Source of the DNA: Dimorphilus gyrociliatus
Taxonomy: Eukaryota; Animalia; Annelida
Assembly (NCBI GenBank): GCA_904063045.1
Contig: CAJFCJ010000003.1
Span: 2,404,504-2,468,503 of the forward strand
Direction: 5' to 3'
DNA length: 64,000 bases
The notes below the pieces were generated by a model, which searched no databases, was not told the DNA's origin, and saw only the letters and a program-made list of their open reading frames with translations. The position numbers and the translations under genes are program-made. Shown here in pieces: positions 62,404 through 64,000 of the stretch; the stretch's first letter is position 1, and each line of letters starts with the position of its first letter.

Positions 62404-64000
62404 ATGAACTTTAATAAATGCCAAAGTTGTGTCAATAACGGTTAGTATGTATAGATTCATTACAGAACAGATTTAAGATATTATATTCAAATTATAGAAG
62501 CTGAACTGACAAAGCTACACAGAGAGAGGCAAGTGGCTCTCGAGGAATTATCGCAATGCAAAGTAATACTTTTCTAATGTAGCATTTTTTAAAGTTTTCT
62601 CCTAATAATATAATAACTAATAGGCTGATAAGGAGTTTGTTTGGTCATTATGGAAGAGATTACAAATAGCCAATCCGGATATCACTCAGGCTATTAATCT
62701 CGTTATTCAAAGGTATTGTTGTATTTGTTGACTTTTTCTGTCCTCTCTAATACAATAAAAAATTTTTGTAGGGAAAAAGAAAAAGGTGAAGAAAAAGATA
62801 AAAAGATTCTTCAAATCTTGCAAAATAAAGATGAACAGATATCTTCCTTAAAAAATAATCTGAACGCATATTCTATAGAGTTAAATGAGACAACATCTAT
62901 GTAAGAGATATATTTAACAATGAAAAAATGAAATATATAATTTTATTACCAACTGAATTACAGAAAGCAAACCCTTCAGAATAAAATCCTCACTCTTTCG
63001 CAAGAGACAGAAGCTTTAAAGTTTAGGTTACAAGAATTTGAAGAACAAAACAGTTTAAAACGTGTTGAAGAGTTGAACAGAATTAATTGTAATCTAACAG
63101 AAGAAATAAATAATTTACAAAGTCTTGTAAAATCTCAAAGTGAAGAATTAGTGACTTTGGAAAATGAAAATAAAGAGCTAAAGAAAAGTTTAGATGAACT
63201 TGATCCGAAATTAAAACGCTTTGAAAGTTCTTATGAACAATTTGAAATTAAGGTATACATGTTTTATTGATACGAGATAAGTCTAAATTTGCTAAATTGC
63301 AACTTGAAAGGACAAAGAAAATGTTGAAAGTTTGATAACTTTAAAGGAAGAGGTGCTTCGTTTACGAGCCGAAATTAATAATAAAGCCATAGAGTTGGAA
63401 TCTTGCAGGTTTTTTTTAATCTTCGCTTTAAATCGAAAACTTATTGCTTTCTATCCGCTAGAGAAGAGCTTAAAGAATTATGGAATACGCATACCCAAAC
63501 CACAGATCATGCCTCACAGCAATCTAATTTGATAAAAAAATTACAAAATTTACAAAAGGATACAGAATCAGGTTATTTCTGTAAATTTTCATTATCTTTC
63601 ATGTGTGATATGTAATTTTACTTTTTAACAATCAGTTATTAATAAACAAGAAGATGCTTATTCTCAAGAAACAAATTCTTGGCAGCAGGTAAAAGAAACC
63701 TAAATTGAAATTAAATTGTTTCATTCTCCTCTCCTTTTTTTTAGATGTATAATGAGTTAGACAATCGGTATAGACTCCTAATGCAATCAGAAAGTGATGC
63801 ACAGAAAGAACTTAGAAGATTAAAGTCAACATTGTCTGAAAAGGATTTCAATCTCTCCTCGTTACATAAGCAAATAAAAAATTTATGTTCAATAGTAAAC
63901 TACGATAATTTTGCTGAAAATAATGATGAAGAAGTAGGTATTTGTACGGATGATTTAGAGTTGCAAGTTAAGCTATTAGAGGAAAAACTAAAAGAAAAGA
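62404..64000 (+). CDS. CNTLN: Centlein (centrosomal coiled-coil protein), 5' part; continues beyond the window
   Basis: Exons 62404..62440, 62498..62562, 62624..62712, 62772..62900, 62964..63252, 63311..63408, 63462..63571, 63636..63688 and 63745..>64000; introns 53-64 nt with matching phases. Signature ELSQCKADKEFVWSLWKRLQIANPDITQAINLVIQREKEK.E.KDKKILQILQNKD, then DHASQQSNLIKKLQ.L..DT and MYNEL. First exon is tentative. Confidence 0.9.

Overview
AT-rich (roughly 30% GC by eye) eukaryotic, animal genomic DNA from a compact-genome invertebrate (inference: possibly a spiralian such as an annelid; housekeeping introns are about 53-77 nt). All gene models were built by hand from GT/GC-AG boundaries, reading-phase matching and remembered family motifs; no database search was run. 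Genes in order: basonuclin/disconnected zinc-finger gene (+, 1744-6322); tweety (-); a secreted, probably GPI-anchored protein with three discoidin-like repeats and a frame break (-); GSKIP (+); an orphan exon (-); ankyrin+armadillo protein (+); an orphan spliced gene (-); intronless phosphonatase phnX (+); ARH3/ADPRS (-); a single-pass receptor with two tandem class-C-GPCR-type Venus flytrap domains and no 7TM or enzyme domain (+); an 8-exon TIR + TMEM268-like fusion gene spread over 12 kb (-); INPP5K-like phosphatase (-); GPR21/52-like GPCR (-); RWDD1 (-); ATG5 (+); TMEM50 (-); centlein (+, runs off the end). No rRNA, tRNA, CRISPR array or intact mobile element was seen. Best leads: the TIR-TMEM268-like membrane protein, which retains a WxxxE glutamate; the tandem-VFT single-pass receptor; the bacterial-type phnX; and oriented CTCF-like and TTTGWCAAA motif clusters around the basonuclin gene.
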